Source of the DNA: Octopus bimaculoides
Lineage: Eukaryota
Assembly: GCF_001194135.2 (NCBI RefSeq)
Contig: NC_068983.1
Location: forward strand, 70,710,493-70,747,453
Reading direction: 5' to 3'
DNA length: 36,961 nucleotides
Shown: in pieces, positions 1-12,638 of the stretch
Layout: each line of letters starts with the position of its first letter
Numbering within the stretch: the stretch's first letter is position 1
Notes under the pieces: model-generated
The model's input: only the letters and a program-made list of their open reading frames with translations
Told to the model about the DNA's origin: nothing
Database searches by the model: none
Position numbers and translations under genes: made by a program

Positions 1-2578
1 GACCTGCTTCTCGCGTAACAAATTTCTTCTGAAGGCTCTAGCCGGCCCAGTTCTATCGTAGAAACACTTATGCTAATTGTCAGGTAATAGAACCAAATTG
101 GATACTTTTTTTTATGTATGTATTTTGCTTATGTTTTACAATATATCTAAATAGTTAAACAGTTATACGTTACAGCTACCGAAATCATTTGTATTAAAGA
201 GTAAACTACAGTAGTGTAACAGCTTTTTGTGTGCGCACAATATTGCTTCTAATGAAATACTCATAAAAATACAGGAAATCTTCATGACGCATAAGACATT
301 TTGAAATGTCAGTCCTTTTTCTAAAGCTTTTATTTCGACTTGTCTTTAACACATTTATTTCAAACCTTACATTGACATCCTTTCAACTGAACAAAATAGT
401 TTTTTCGGTTAGATTGTCGCTTAGACGTTTTCCTTGGAAGGTAGATTTCTGTTTGTACAAAAAAAGGAGGTTAAAATCTCATATCTAAATTTTCACAATT
501 ATTTCTTTCTTCTCATTTACATATTTATTTTCCAACCAATTTATATATTTATATACTGTCGCTAATGGGATCAGCAATGGTTAATTGGCTGTTTGTAACG
601 CATTAGATATTAGCGAATGCCTTTATTCTGAAATATAAACTAGACGAAAGACAAGCAGAATCTTCTCATAAAAAAGAAAAATAGTGCCGTTACCCACCCA
701 CTCCCATCTCGCGGAAAAGATTAACAGAAGAAGCAGACCAAGTTACATGGATTTTGAACCTAATACTTGAGATCAGAATTTTGTATATCACGAATGCTGT
801 TCTGATTATTGAAATATTTGTATTTTTAAGGCTGAGAGTACCTATCTCGGTTATTGTCGATTTTGTTGAGCCCGAATGGAGAAGGTCTATGATGAATTAC
901 GTCCCTGTCACAAAAATGCTGTCTTTTTCTTTCGCACATAATTTATCTCGTCGTTCATTATTGAATGTCTTTCTCTTTTCAAAATGGTAATATATGATTT
1001 AAAGGAGATTTGAAGCTACTATTTCAAGGAAATCAGGCGACCATGAAAAGAATCAGTTATTCTTCTTCACTGGCCAGTTATTGCTATTTCAAGATTTGCC
1101 CTCATCGAAAGAACTATGATAAAAGACTTTCTATTTGCGAACATTCCGTCTTTTTCCATGGTTATATCATCTAGCTCAGTTTTCCAATTTTAAGAATACA
1201 GATAGTTTCTAGAGCAGAATTTCGGTTGCTGTTTCTGACAGATTGAATGGACCTATATAGGCTCACTCGTTGATTTGTGATTAACATAGTACTATTGATA
1301 GATAAATGTCTTATTTGTGTAGATGGAATCAATAGTCATACACATAACTGATTTTGCTTCTGCAACCAAATTGAAGGCATAAAGTTTGGGAAGACTAAAT
1401 ATTGTCTATGTTAGACATATATGAAGTTGCTCTGATATCTCTTTGGAGAAATGGGACGTTAATGCTGAAATCATGCCTTCACTGGGATTAAATATGTCAG
1501 GGTAGAAAACTATTCTGATATAGTCAAAACAAATGTTTTATCCCCTCAAACAAGCCGTCACTTAAATCTATTACTAACCTCCCAAGTGAATGCTGATTTT
1601 TACATCCAACCAACTGTATTGCTCTGGCCGGAAGAGGACTGGGAGCAACAGAAAACAGTCTAGCGATATGCTTCATCTTTGTCTTTGCTTGAATCAAGAT
1701 TACATTTTGTGAAAGATATGAACAGTAGAAGTGTATATTTCACAAAAACTGACCACTTCTGTATACTATCTAGGGATTTCTGGTGAGATCGCAACCCTGA
1801 GGCTTGCTTGTGCATCGTCAGTTGAAGATTCAAATAAATTTCCATCCCGTAAGTTGATATACACGAGAAGATAACGTAAGTTAATTTCACAGGGAATTGA
1901 ACTCTTAAATGAAAAATAAGGCAATAATATAGATTAAAACATTTAGTGGGTGACTAATATAGTGTCAGTTTACAATTGTGTCTCCATTCAGATGAGTAAT
2001 GTCTATATGACGGAAACATTTTGCATTGATGTTTTTGTTTTATCTTCTGAGAAGATCTTTAACGTTTGTAGTGTCACACAAAAATCAATTGGCCAATAAA
2101 AGAATATATATATATATATTAGTATCGATAGATTTTTTTCCATGCCTAGCCATCATATTGGACATTCGATAAATCAATATAGGAATCAATATATGATTGC
2201 TAACGTTTCGACGTATCGATTATAGTTAACTACTACTTTGAAATTTCATTCGCTGATGAGGCATTCATTGTTTTAAATACGATTAAACATATACCGTTCA
2301 TTATTTCAAATCAAATACTATTCATCGGTAAGGTTTTGAAGATAAATAATGAAATAAATAAATAAATAAAACATCGTGGCAGAAATATATTGGAGAATCT
2401 CAAACATGATGAATTATTCTAGTTAATCATTCGCTGTTGCATTTAGTCATTGTCTTTTAATTTTGCTTTATTGTTACTTTAATTTTGTTTAGTTTCTTTT
2501 ATAAAAAGTGAACAAAACATCAAAATAAACGCGAAAAGAAAAAAGTAAAACAAAGCAAAGATATATACATATATCCAC

Positions 2579-2591
2579 GTGTGTGTGTGTG

Positions 2592-2674
<83 letters not shown>
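2579..2674. repeat. (GT)n microsatellite
   Basis: Near-perfect GT dinucleotide run. Confidence 0.98.
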
Positions 2675-2676
<2 letters not shown>

Positions 2677-4980
2677 AGGAAGACAGAAGTTACTGCTACA
2701 GAATAACGCAGTCTGTAATGACAGGATTTTCTTGATTGAATCGAGTGCACAATGGACAGAAAATGACAAACTAGTTTTGGAATAAGAAAAGAAAAGCATG
2801 AAGGGAACATGTGAGTTAAGAAGGGAAGTAAGAACGAACGAAAGAAAGAAAGTGACGTAAGGAAATGAATAAAAAAGAAACGAGGAAAGGCAAAATCTAA
2901 ATGCGTCAAAAAAAAAAAGAAAAAAAACTAAGTGAAATTTGCCGGATAATTGGTGAAACAAGGTAAAAATGATAATGATAGGGAGGAGGTGTCGACAATA
3001 AAATCAAAACAACATGCAATAAGATGGAGAAATAGTTTCACAATGTAGAAGAAATACAAGGATCATGGAAGCTGTCAATAAACATTAATTTTATATTTCT
3101 TTCTTTCACTTTGATGCATTTTTAAAAAATATTTTTAATTTTATTTAATAGAATTTTTTTTCTGACTTCTTTACTCCCTGTGATGAAGCTTTAGTTTGGC
3201 TGGGGTTTCTTCCATTAAATCCGGAAATGCAAGTCCTATTTTTTAATGGCTGCTGACTATGCTGGCGGGATATACACCGTTACTACTGATTGCATCATTA
3301 ATAGACAAGATTCAACAGCATCGCTTTCCAAAATTCAGAAGCTCTGCATTATAGAAGCTCCTAGACATATGCTGCTAATCAGAATAAGAATTCTAAAATT
3401 CCTTTAATTTTCATAAAATCATAAATTCATATTACTCTGCAAATATGATGACTTTAAGTAGAAGTGAAAGTAGAACTTCAGATAACGCCACTGCACTTCC
3501 TTCCGATTCTACAACCATATTCATCAAAAGTATCTTCAGGCTATTGTTTTCTTGTACTGTTTCTTACTAGCGCATTAGAAAAGTATAGCTATTTTTCTTT
3601 AATCAACTAATAGCTTTGAAAAAAAAAATACTAAATAACATATGCGGTCAAAATCTCCGATCACACTAACCCACTCTTGATTGTTTTCTTTCATTACCTT
3701 CAAACACACTGTTGCAAAACTAGGTAGCATCCTCAAAACCTTTCCCTCTCTTTCTTTCACTTTCTCTCTAGTATTTTATCCTGGTTAATGGAAATGCACT
3801 ACAAAATTTTCCATTTCTTAGATGAGGATCTATGGCCCAGGGAACTATAATATTTTACCTCGACTATCAGCATGTTAAAGATGGTAGAAGCAGTAAACAA
3901 CTAACTCTTAACGTTCCCCTCGCAAAAGTCATCCACTCAGACTTAGACGGTATTGCACTGTTTCTAAGAATGGATTCCTAACAAAAGTACTTCATAACTA
4001 AGCTCCTCAGATATATCAAAGATGCTAAGACTCATACTCTCAGTTGATAGTGTCGCTTAATTACCCAACAATCCTGATCAAAAAAAGCCTATGATTATGG
4101 CTTCCTAACTGTGACCACGTCTTCGTTTCTGCTATGTTAAACAACATAAATCAGTACTTCATTTCCTTATTTAAGACAGTTGTGTATTATTTTGAAAAAA
4201 AATTGGCTGCTTTTTTCTGCAGCTGAGCGAAATTGTAGACCCCTTTTTTGTCTCGTGGTTAAATATAGCATCTGAAATCAATAACATAGCCAAATATGCA
4301 TTTCAAACAACATGCATTCACTTACCGTCTAGAAAATAAGCCATTCTTATTAGTTTTAGACCTGCTACAAGTCACCGGCATGATCCACATTGGATCCTTC
4401 AGATATCCGTGATCATCTTCAAATTTCATTTAGCAAGTGATTAACGATTAAAAAATAGTTTAATAAATAAAATCATATATTTTCGCTGTCCTCGCTATAA
4501 CTTAATCATAACCAGCACTTCCATTAATCAATATGCCTACAGATAGCTCTACTACCATTTTAAAGCATCTATGGTTCTCAGTATATCACATATGTATGTA
4601 TGTGTGCGCATTTGATTACGTCTTTAAATAGCGTCCTGTTTCTCATTCCTCTTACCACTACAACGTTCCGCCGATAAACACTCTTATTTCTCCTTATTGT
4701 CTCTCTCTATAACCAATATATCAAGCCCGTATCATAAATAGGTGCATATGTAGAATGATATCATAGATTTCTTTGGTTTTGCTCAACCATCGTCTTTGAA
4801 AAAAAATATGGGATCGCTGCTCTTCATACGAATACTGTGGTTATTGGAGTTAACAAACTCCTTCCTCCTTTAAATAGCATAATTAGGATTCACAAGACTC
4901 GTGCGAGATTTTAAGCCTGAGATTTTTGCTTGAAGAAGCTTGGGAGACACCAATATTAGTCGATTAGCCGACTTCTGTAA

Positions 4981-5253
4981 TTCAGTGGAACTTTATTTTA
5001 TCGAACGATGAAATAACGAAAGGTAATGCTAACTCGGTGAGAATAACAATAGTACAACATTTTTCACATTTGCTAAGATAGTGAAGTGCATTGCTCCACC
5101 TGTATTTCAGCATATTTTGAATTCTCTATATAAGATCAGCAATGTTTCAAATAAACAGGAAGATAAATGATAACTGAACTCAGAAAGTAAAGAGCTAAAG
5201 TTACGGCTAAGAACCTTACTCGATACTGTAACGCCTCAACCAATTCACCACCG
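4981..5253 (-). mobile_element. Old, degraded tRNA-derived SINE (same family as 9388-9608 and 12391-12638), split by an approximately 120-bp insert
   Basis: 4981-5042 (tttattttatcga...gaaaggtaatgctaactcggtgag) and 5175-5253 (tgaactcagaaagtaaag...gctaagaacc...aattcaccaccg) are colinear with the reverse complement of the better-preserved copy at 12391-12587. Confidence 0.6.
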
Positions 5254-5418
5254 ATATTAGAAGTCAGGATAATTCAGAAGAAAGATGATTGTCAAAGTGA
5301 AGTAACAGGCGCAGTTTGTAAAGGAAATCACATATTTCAAATGGTTACTCATCAAATTTGTATACAGATTTCCTTGTTAAGTCTTCGTATTTATAGTAGT
5401 GTACACATGTATCCCAGT

Positions 5419-5561
5419 GATTTCGATGTTAAGCTCACGATTGTGAGTTCAGTTCCTGGACTGAGAGGTATGTCGTTAGCTTGTGCAAGCACACTAGGCA
5501 TTTTAATCTTCGTTGCTCTAATCTACTCAAGTGAAAAGTGACTACCAGCTGAGTACTGGTG
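5419..5561 (+). mobile_element. Degraded tRNA-derived SINE-like fragment (different family)
   Basis: B-box-like gagttcagttcc followed by ttgctctaatctactcaagtgaaaagtgactacc, which resembles the central ttgctccagtccactcagctg...aatgagta domain of mollusc SINEs as I recall it. Confidence 0.45.
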
Positions 5562-6494
5562 CAGTTCAATTTCTCCTCGTCTATCACATCTCGAACGTTC
5601 TATTGAGAAATGGTAAAAGGTGGGAAGTTGGGATTTCGAGCGTGTCTGCGTATGTACTTGTTCGCCACTATATGAAGACTTAAAGTAAGTGAGGAAAGCA
5701 TGATACATGCTATCAAGTCATACATTCTGCCGAATACCGGCTAAGATTTTTTTACACCAGTTGCTATATTTCGCGGATGAGCAAATATTTTCATCAAAAT
5801 TCAATGTCTCAGTCGAACCATTGCAACAGTATCTAGATTTCATAAATTATCAGTAACTGCACGAGGCTGAAATGCATCTTTTGTGTTTGAAAAGAAGTCT
5901 GATATCTAGCATTTAGAAATTATCTACCTTTTTAAACATTTGATCTTAAACTTCCAATCGCATTTTATCATATAATTACAAGAATAGATTGACTTTAGAT
6001 ATTGAAATGATTTAATCGAAAATAGCTATTTATAAGTGTTCCTATTGTATATCTCGGAATGTTACTAAAGCTAGATACAGGTATCTAATGATTTGCATTT
6101 CATCATCAAGCCGTCTTGATATCATTCGGAGAATAAGATCGTTTTAAAAACAACATGTAACATTTTAAATTAAAGACTATAAGGCATAAAAGAAGAATTA
6201 GTGCTTAGGGTAAAACATCGTGTAACATTTAATGTACAGTTAACTGTTTATAAATGGCAGAATCATTTATCAACAAGAAAACATTCCCAACATTCATGAT
6301 TTCATTTAGTAAAAATTTTATACCCATGTCTGAAATTTTTGGAGAGTATTGTATTTTGGGTATTTTTTCCCCCGTGAAAGTACATCACCACATATATAGA
6401 AATTATTGTTCTTCGATTTGATCTAGAACTACTATATGTATGTAGCTATGTAGCTGTCTATGCAAATAATTATGCATGTATGTGTCTATGCATA

Positions 6495-6526
<32 letters not shown>

Positions 6527-6570
6527 TGTGTGTGCGTGTGTGTGTGTGTATGTGTATGTGCGCGTGTGTG
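6495..6570. repeat. (TG)n microsatellite, interrupted
   Basis: Direct reading. Confidence 0.95.
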
Positions 6571-6648
6571 AAGAGCATAGATTTATTTGTATGTTAACAC
6601 GTCTTGAATTCTCCGTATAATATCAACATTTCAATAAAGAAAAATCGA

Positions 6649-6687
<39 letters not shown>

Positions 6688-6711
6688 AACTACTACTACT
6701 ACTACTACTAC

Positions 6712-6775
<64 letters not shown>

Positions 6776-6776
6776 G

Positions 6777-6808
<32 letters not shown>

Positions 6809-6858
6809 GATAGCGGTGATGGTGATGATGTTGATGACGACTATGATAATGATGATGA
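6649..6858. repeat. Compound trinucleotide microsatellite (CTA)n-(ATA)n-(GAT)n
   Basis: Direct reading. Confidence 0.95.
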
Positions 6859-7139
6859 TTTCTTACTATAATAAAAAACAGTCTTTAAAGAATCAGTCAC
6901 GAAGTATGAAAGTTTCTGGCAACAAAAAGTGTTTTCGCGCTCAATCTGTTATTTTCTGGAATAATCCCATCAACTAGTCACCGAGTTGTTATTTCCTTGA
7001 AGCAATCCTTTTATTCTAAGATTAGTTTTTAAATAACTTCAGATAACTTTCTTCTTTCAGTTAAGTTCTTATGTCTATCTAAATATCAAGAGACATAAAG
7101 TATAATGTTGTGTTTATCAAGGCTTGTTGATAAGCATCA

Positions 7140-7160
7140 TAAATAATAATAATAATAAAG

Positions 7161-7224
<64 letters not shown>

Positions 7225-7315
7225 CAACAACAACGACAACGACGACGACAATAATAATAATCATGATAATAATAATCATGATAATAATAATAATGATAAT
7301 AATTATAATAATAAT

Positions 7316-7379
<64 letters not shown>

Positions 7380-7453
7380 TTATTGAAGAAGAAGAAGAAG
7401 AAGAAGAAGAAGAAGAAGAAGAAGAAGAAGAAGAAGAAGAAGAAGAAGAAGAA
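7140..7453. repeat. Compound microsatellite (AAT)n/(AAC)/(GAC)-(GAA)n
   Basis: Direct reading; it explains the polyN, polyE, polyI and polyK ORFs. Confidence 0.97.
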
Positions 7454-8408
7454 TGGAAGGATTTATAGTGAGGATAGTAACTGTAATGAAGGGGAATTAA
7501 TACGATCAAAAATGTCTATAAAAATCGCAAACTCTAAGAAACACAAAACATTTTTAGAATAAGAAAACTTGCTTGAAATTCGCTTCTTTTTCAAGGCATA
7601 CATGCCGTAATAGTTGTCCCTTCGAATCGAAACTTGTATTTATGATATTGATCAAATAACACTAATAATATGAAGTATGTGTTAAGAAAATGTCTCAGAG
7701 AAGATATATAGTTATTTACATGAACCTCAAGTAATTACAGATACTTATAGGCGAGTGAGAGAAAAAATGAAAATTAGATATATATCATATAATTGATTTA
7801 TATATTACTGTAAACAGCAATATGTAAATATATAATTGTATGCCATGATGAGGATACAGTGATGTATAAGTTATTCTATCTGAAAAGTGAGGGCAGTTCT
7901 GTACAAGCTTCATTCACTATAATCGAATTTATGTACCGGAATTTCTTGAGGATCAACGTATAGACAAAAAAGACGTGCGGTGATAGCGAGTTTTGGAACA
8001 CACAATCATGATCAGTCTGTAATATGTAATTGTAAAAAACCATTTGGAATACTACTAGGTTCTTTTCGAAACTTTAGCGTTAAAGAGAACCGTCACCAAC
8101 TCGATTGAATGTGCAGAATTCACCAATCAGAATGAAATTTAAAGTTTTGTGTAGACAACAAAAGTAGAGAATGGATGAAAATTGAGAGATTGGCTTCTCT
8201 AGGAAAAAATTAAAAGGTTTGGTTTGCTTTTCAACTAAATGGTAACCAGTCTGTGGGGTCTGGATTGCATGAAAGCCCACAGAAAAGGAAGCGGATTATA
8301 GCACTAATTTTGAACTTCTACGTGTCAGTGTACCGCGCGATCAAGATAAAATCCTATGCTATTAAATTAGGTAGTGAGTTGTATTTACAACGCATTTCAA
8401 ATAATGCT

Positions 8409-8481
8409 TGTGTGTGCATCTGTGTGTGTGTTTGTGTGTATATGTGTTTTTCTTTGTGTGTGTGTGTTAATGTAGGTGTGT

Positions 8482-8522
<41 letters not shown>

Positions 8523-8528
8523 TGTGTG
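8409..8528. repeat. (TG)n microsatellite, interrupted
   Basis: Direct reading. Confidence 0.93.
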
Positions 8529-8708
8529 TCAAATTATTACGAACATGACTTCTAAGATATTCAACACATGGTGTCAATTCAACATCATACACGCGCACAC
8601 ACATTCATACACGCACTAGCACATCTATGTATTTAAGCAAGGATGCATCTTTGCATTCTGTTATTCTTTTTATGATTTCAGTCCTTGTTCTACATCCATA
8701 TACGCTCA

Positions 8709-8980
8709 TGTGTATGTATGTATGTATGTATGTATGTATGTATGTATGTATGTATGTATGTATGCATGCATGTATGTATGTATTATGTATGTATTTATGT
8801 ATTTATGTATGTATGTATGCATGCATGTTTGTATGTATGTGCGTGTGTATGTATGTACTTATGTACGTATGTATGCTTATATTTATGCTTATGTATTTAT
8901 GTATCATATATGTCTGTATGTATGTGCTTATGAATGTATGTATATATATGTATCATGGTACGTATGAATGTATGTATATA
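8709..8980. repeat. (TATG)n tetranucleotide repeat, decaying toward the 3' end
   Basis: Direct reading. Confidence 0.95.
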
Positions 8981-9387
8981 GGCGATCGCTTTAGCTGCAT
9001 TAAAATCAGGAAACCTTATTATATATTTCAGGAATTAAAATGATTATTAGCTGGGTTTTTTGTAAGACGATAATGTAAGAAGTTTGAAGAATACGTAATG
9101 TTTGAAACCATTTGATAAAATCTCATCCTCCTGACAATATATTTTCAGTTCTTACCTTGTTATCTGTTGCCTATAGCTAGCTAAAGTTTGGGCATCTCTT
9201 GATGACTATCATGTGAACATACACAATATATCTACCTATCTTTAGCTTATAACATGGCATTTTAAGGTCATAAGTACCTGGAATACTTAATATTCAGGAA
9301 ACGTCTTCAGAATTGTATCCCTTTAGTCTGTCTAAAACCATTTGGAGCAGCAGTAGCTCAATCTACTTCGAGCAGCAGCAGAATATT

Positions 9388-9608
9388 AGATTTTCTTTGT
9401 ACTAAAGACACAAGGCTAGTAATTTTAGGAAAAGGATTTAATCGATTACAACCCCACCCCCTCTAGTGCATGACTAATACTATTTTATCGACCCGAAAGG
9501 ATGAACGCAATATCGACCGCGGTATAATTTGAACCTATAACGAAAAGTGGAGAGAAATGCTGCTAAGCGTTTTCTTCGGTGAGATATGGATTCTGCTGCT
9601 CGCCGCCA
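9388..9608 (-). mobile_element. Near full-length tRNA-derived SINE (octopus-type)
   Basis: Reverse complement reads ggcggcgagcagcagaatcc...gcttagcagcattt...ggttcaaatt (B box)...gtcgatattgcgttcatcctttcgggtcgataaaatag...gccttgtgtctttagtac; colinear with 12391-12587. Confidence 0.85.
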
Positions 9609-11989
9609 TAACATCAACAGAATATAATACATACAAACTAATTTTAAAATGATATTGCTACTCTAGTTTAAAGCTGTGTTATTTAAACAGCAATAACAAC
9701 TTTGTGTTTCACATAGACTTATTCTTGTTATTTAAATAGTGAAAATGAAAAATAAATTGATGAATTTTGAAATTTGTTAGATTCTAGTGTAAAAAATATT
9801 GACTGTGATTTAGTGATTAATTGTTGTTGATAGCTTGATATTGTTGTGAGAATTACTTACATTCATTGATATATACAAAAATTCGATAGCTTCTGAAAAG
9901 CCAATTCTGCAAAAAACAAATGTTCTGTAGAATTATAATGAGCAGTAATTTCTGCATAACTAAAATTTAAATTATTCTAGTGTTAGACATTTGTGGGAAT
10001 TTTATTTATAGATTATGGTAAGAAATTCTCTTGATACATAATATATAACCTTTCGTATATGAACATTATTCATTTTTTTATCCATTTAATACTTTTATTA
10101 TATAGCGGCTATAATTGATGACATATCCATATTTCTTTGGTATTTTATATATCTTTGATATACTACATTTTATAAAATTTGCTTCGGTGATAACACCTAA
10201 AACAGTGTAAAGATATATCACAACTTGCGCGATAAAATGAAATGAATTAAAATAAAAAGCAATTTATAGAAGAAAAGTACAATTGCCAATGGCGCACCTA
10301 ATGTTGATAATGATAAAATTATTGTGCTACTTTATGTTGATAACGTTCATAGTTGTAATAAAATGTCTAAACGAGCAGAATCAATTATTGAGCAATAAGA
10401 AAATTAGGAAAACAATTGTGCAACGATTTCATTTAATGGATTGCTAACAAGTTTTCACATCTAACATATTTATCTCTGCACAATAGCACAGTTGTGATGC
10501 ATGATGGGAATAAATATCGTTACAGCTAGCTTTAGTTTCTGGAAGACATATTTGATTTTCTTTCTATTCAACGTTGGCTCATGAATATTAACCTAGAATC
10601 TAACAACTTGAAATGAATGCGATTTAATTGCAATTGGTTAAGTCTGAAGTAAGTGACCTACTCTCAACAGAACAGGTACTTTTTTATGATATCATAAAAA
10701 AAAAACTTTCTTTTCCCACATCAAAACTTCTCACTAAAGATTTTTCTCTTTAATTTTCGTATCGACAGATAATTATTTTCTGTCCAAAGAAGACTAATTA
10801 TACCACATGTCCATATATAGTTGCAATGAATAACTGTGGCCCATTTCGGTGACAAACTCAGTGAAGACACGAAATCAATACAGGAGTGTGGGTAGGAGTG
10901 TTTGTTAAATGCACATATTGATTAAACGCCATGGAAAGATTTGGTCTATTTTACCGACATCAGAACAAACAAGTTGGTGGGATGTAGACACATTAAAATA
11001 ATAATCAAGAAATTGTATTTTCATGAGGCAACACTTTTGTAACAAGCTGCAAATGAATTGAAAGAAAAAAATCTTTTTGTTCTTGGTCATTATTCATTGA
11101 CTTCGCATACAATAGTATACTTTGGAGAAAGCACTTACTAGAGCCACCCGTCATACCAGATGAGATCTAATTGTATAACCATTTTCTATTAAATATCGGC
11201 TGATATAAAGGTTATTCAGTTGTTTATTATTATAATAGATATTGATAAATAATTAATCTTTCTATTAGCTTCCTTTATATATTTTGCTGCTCTATAATCA
11301 TTTAGCATGCACTTTAACCATTTGGAGAGAAAAAAGCTTCCAGATTCAACTTGTGTGCATTAACAATAAACAAAATTCTCAAAGCGCCTGCAAATGCGTT
11401 GTGGAAGATTTAAGTATTGCAAATGAAAATACCGCTGTCACCATAAGCAAATATGTTCATTTGTGTTGTCGCATTCATAAATGAATAAAGAGTTAAGATA
11501 GAGATATTTTTAGTTTTTTCTGTTTTAGAAATCAAGACAGTTCAACAAAAAATTGAAGATGTTAGCCGCCACTTCCAGTTGCGACTGTCATAAAAGACCA
11601 AACTGATTGTGTTAGAAAGAACTCTCTTAACTAGACACTTTCTGAATGTTTGAATTTCGTTATGAACTTTGTGAATATTTTAAGTTGTAAAACATAAAAA
11701 AAGAAATAGTTGAGTGACTCCAAATGTTGACCATGTAAATTGTAGAAAATGTAAGATGTGTTGTTCGTAAATGTGAGTGATGTAAAAGAATATTTCAATA
11801 AAGCACGACCGAGGATATTTCACAGTTATATAATATCGCTTTTCTAACGTTGTTATAGTTATTTCCGCTGTTGTTATTATTGTTGTTGACGCTGTTATTG
11901 TTGCCTCAAGTTGACTGTTTTCAAGATGAGCCACAACGATCGGCATTTCAATCTTCACCAAACTAAATGTTGGTATGTCTAGGGCTACA

Positions 11990-12205
11990 TTGTTCGTGTG
12001 TCTTTACTCCTATTTTAAGACTAGAGTGTGTATTTAAAAGAGGTTTTGTAGTAGCCATACAGGACGAACTGGTAATATATGTAACAATATGAAAAGTCTC
12101 ATCATGCTCCACAAAAATCATTAAATGAGGGACGTTGGTTTCTATTGGTATATCTATTAGACAACACGTTGTTACACATGCGCACCACACATTTGTACAC
12201 AACTA
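11990..12205 (-). mobile_element. Probable decayed Penelope-like RT fragment (continuation of 14353-15006)
   Basis: Minus-strand ORF segment ACVTTCCLIDIPIETNVPHLMIFVEHDETF resembles the PLE RT segment GPACPTxRLSNLIDILLKP...H...DDxDF. Confidence 0.45.
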
Positions 12206-12390
12206 TACCTAACTCTTACCATGTAGAAGTATATTTTCTGTAATACGTATTTCTTTTCTTGAATGCTGTTGAGACCCTTGCTGTTCACCCTATATTTCAC
12301 AACTTTTATAACTGATGTTATTTCTCATAAGCTTACTTTTTATATACTACAACGGTTACGCTGTATGTTTCTAACTGCCTGAAAGTTTCA

Positions 12391-12587
12391 TGTTTGCCAG
12401 AATAGTTAGTATGATGGCAAAATGTTTAGCAGCATTTCGTCCGTCTGCGCTTTCTGAGTTCAAATTCCACCGGGTCGACTTTGCATTTCATCCTTCGATA
12501 AATTAAGTACCAGTGAAACACTGGAGTCGATGTAATCGACTATTCCCCTCCCACTAAATTTCAGATCTTGTGTCTATGATAGAAAGG

Positions 12588-12638
<51 letters not shown>
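12391..12638 (+). mobile_element. tRNA-derived SINE (octopus-type) with (ATT)n tail at 12588-12638
   Basis: gccagaatagttag (A-box-like)...gagttcaaattcc (B box)...gtcgactttgcatttcatccttcgataaattaagtaccag...tcagatcttgtgtctatgatagaaagg followed by an ATT tail. Confidence 0.9.

Noticed and set aside
2200-2295. Hammerhead-like pieces (gtttcgac at about 2205; ctgatgaggcatt...atacgattaaac at about 2252-2290)
   Set aside because: The GAAA core is broken and stems I and III cannot be formed; at most a decayed relic.
2479-2961. ORFs of 160, 129 and 68 aa with HT/CV repeats
   Set aside because: They are translations of the (GT)n microsatellite plus low-complexity AT-rich flanks.
7079-7562. PolyN/E/I/K ORFs
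   Set aside because: They arise from trinucleotide microsatellites with no non-repetitive domain.
8627-9043. MYVC-repeat ORFs
   Set aside because: They are translations of the (TATG)n repeat.
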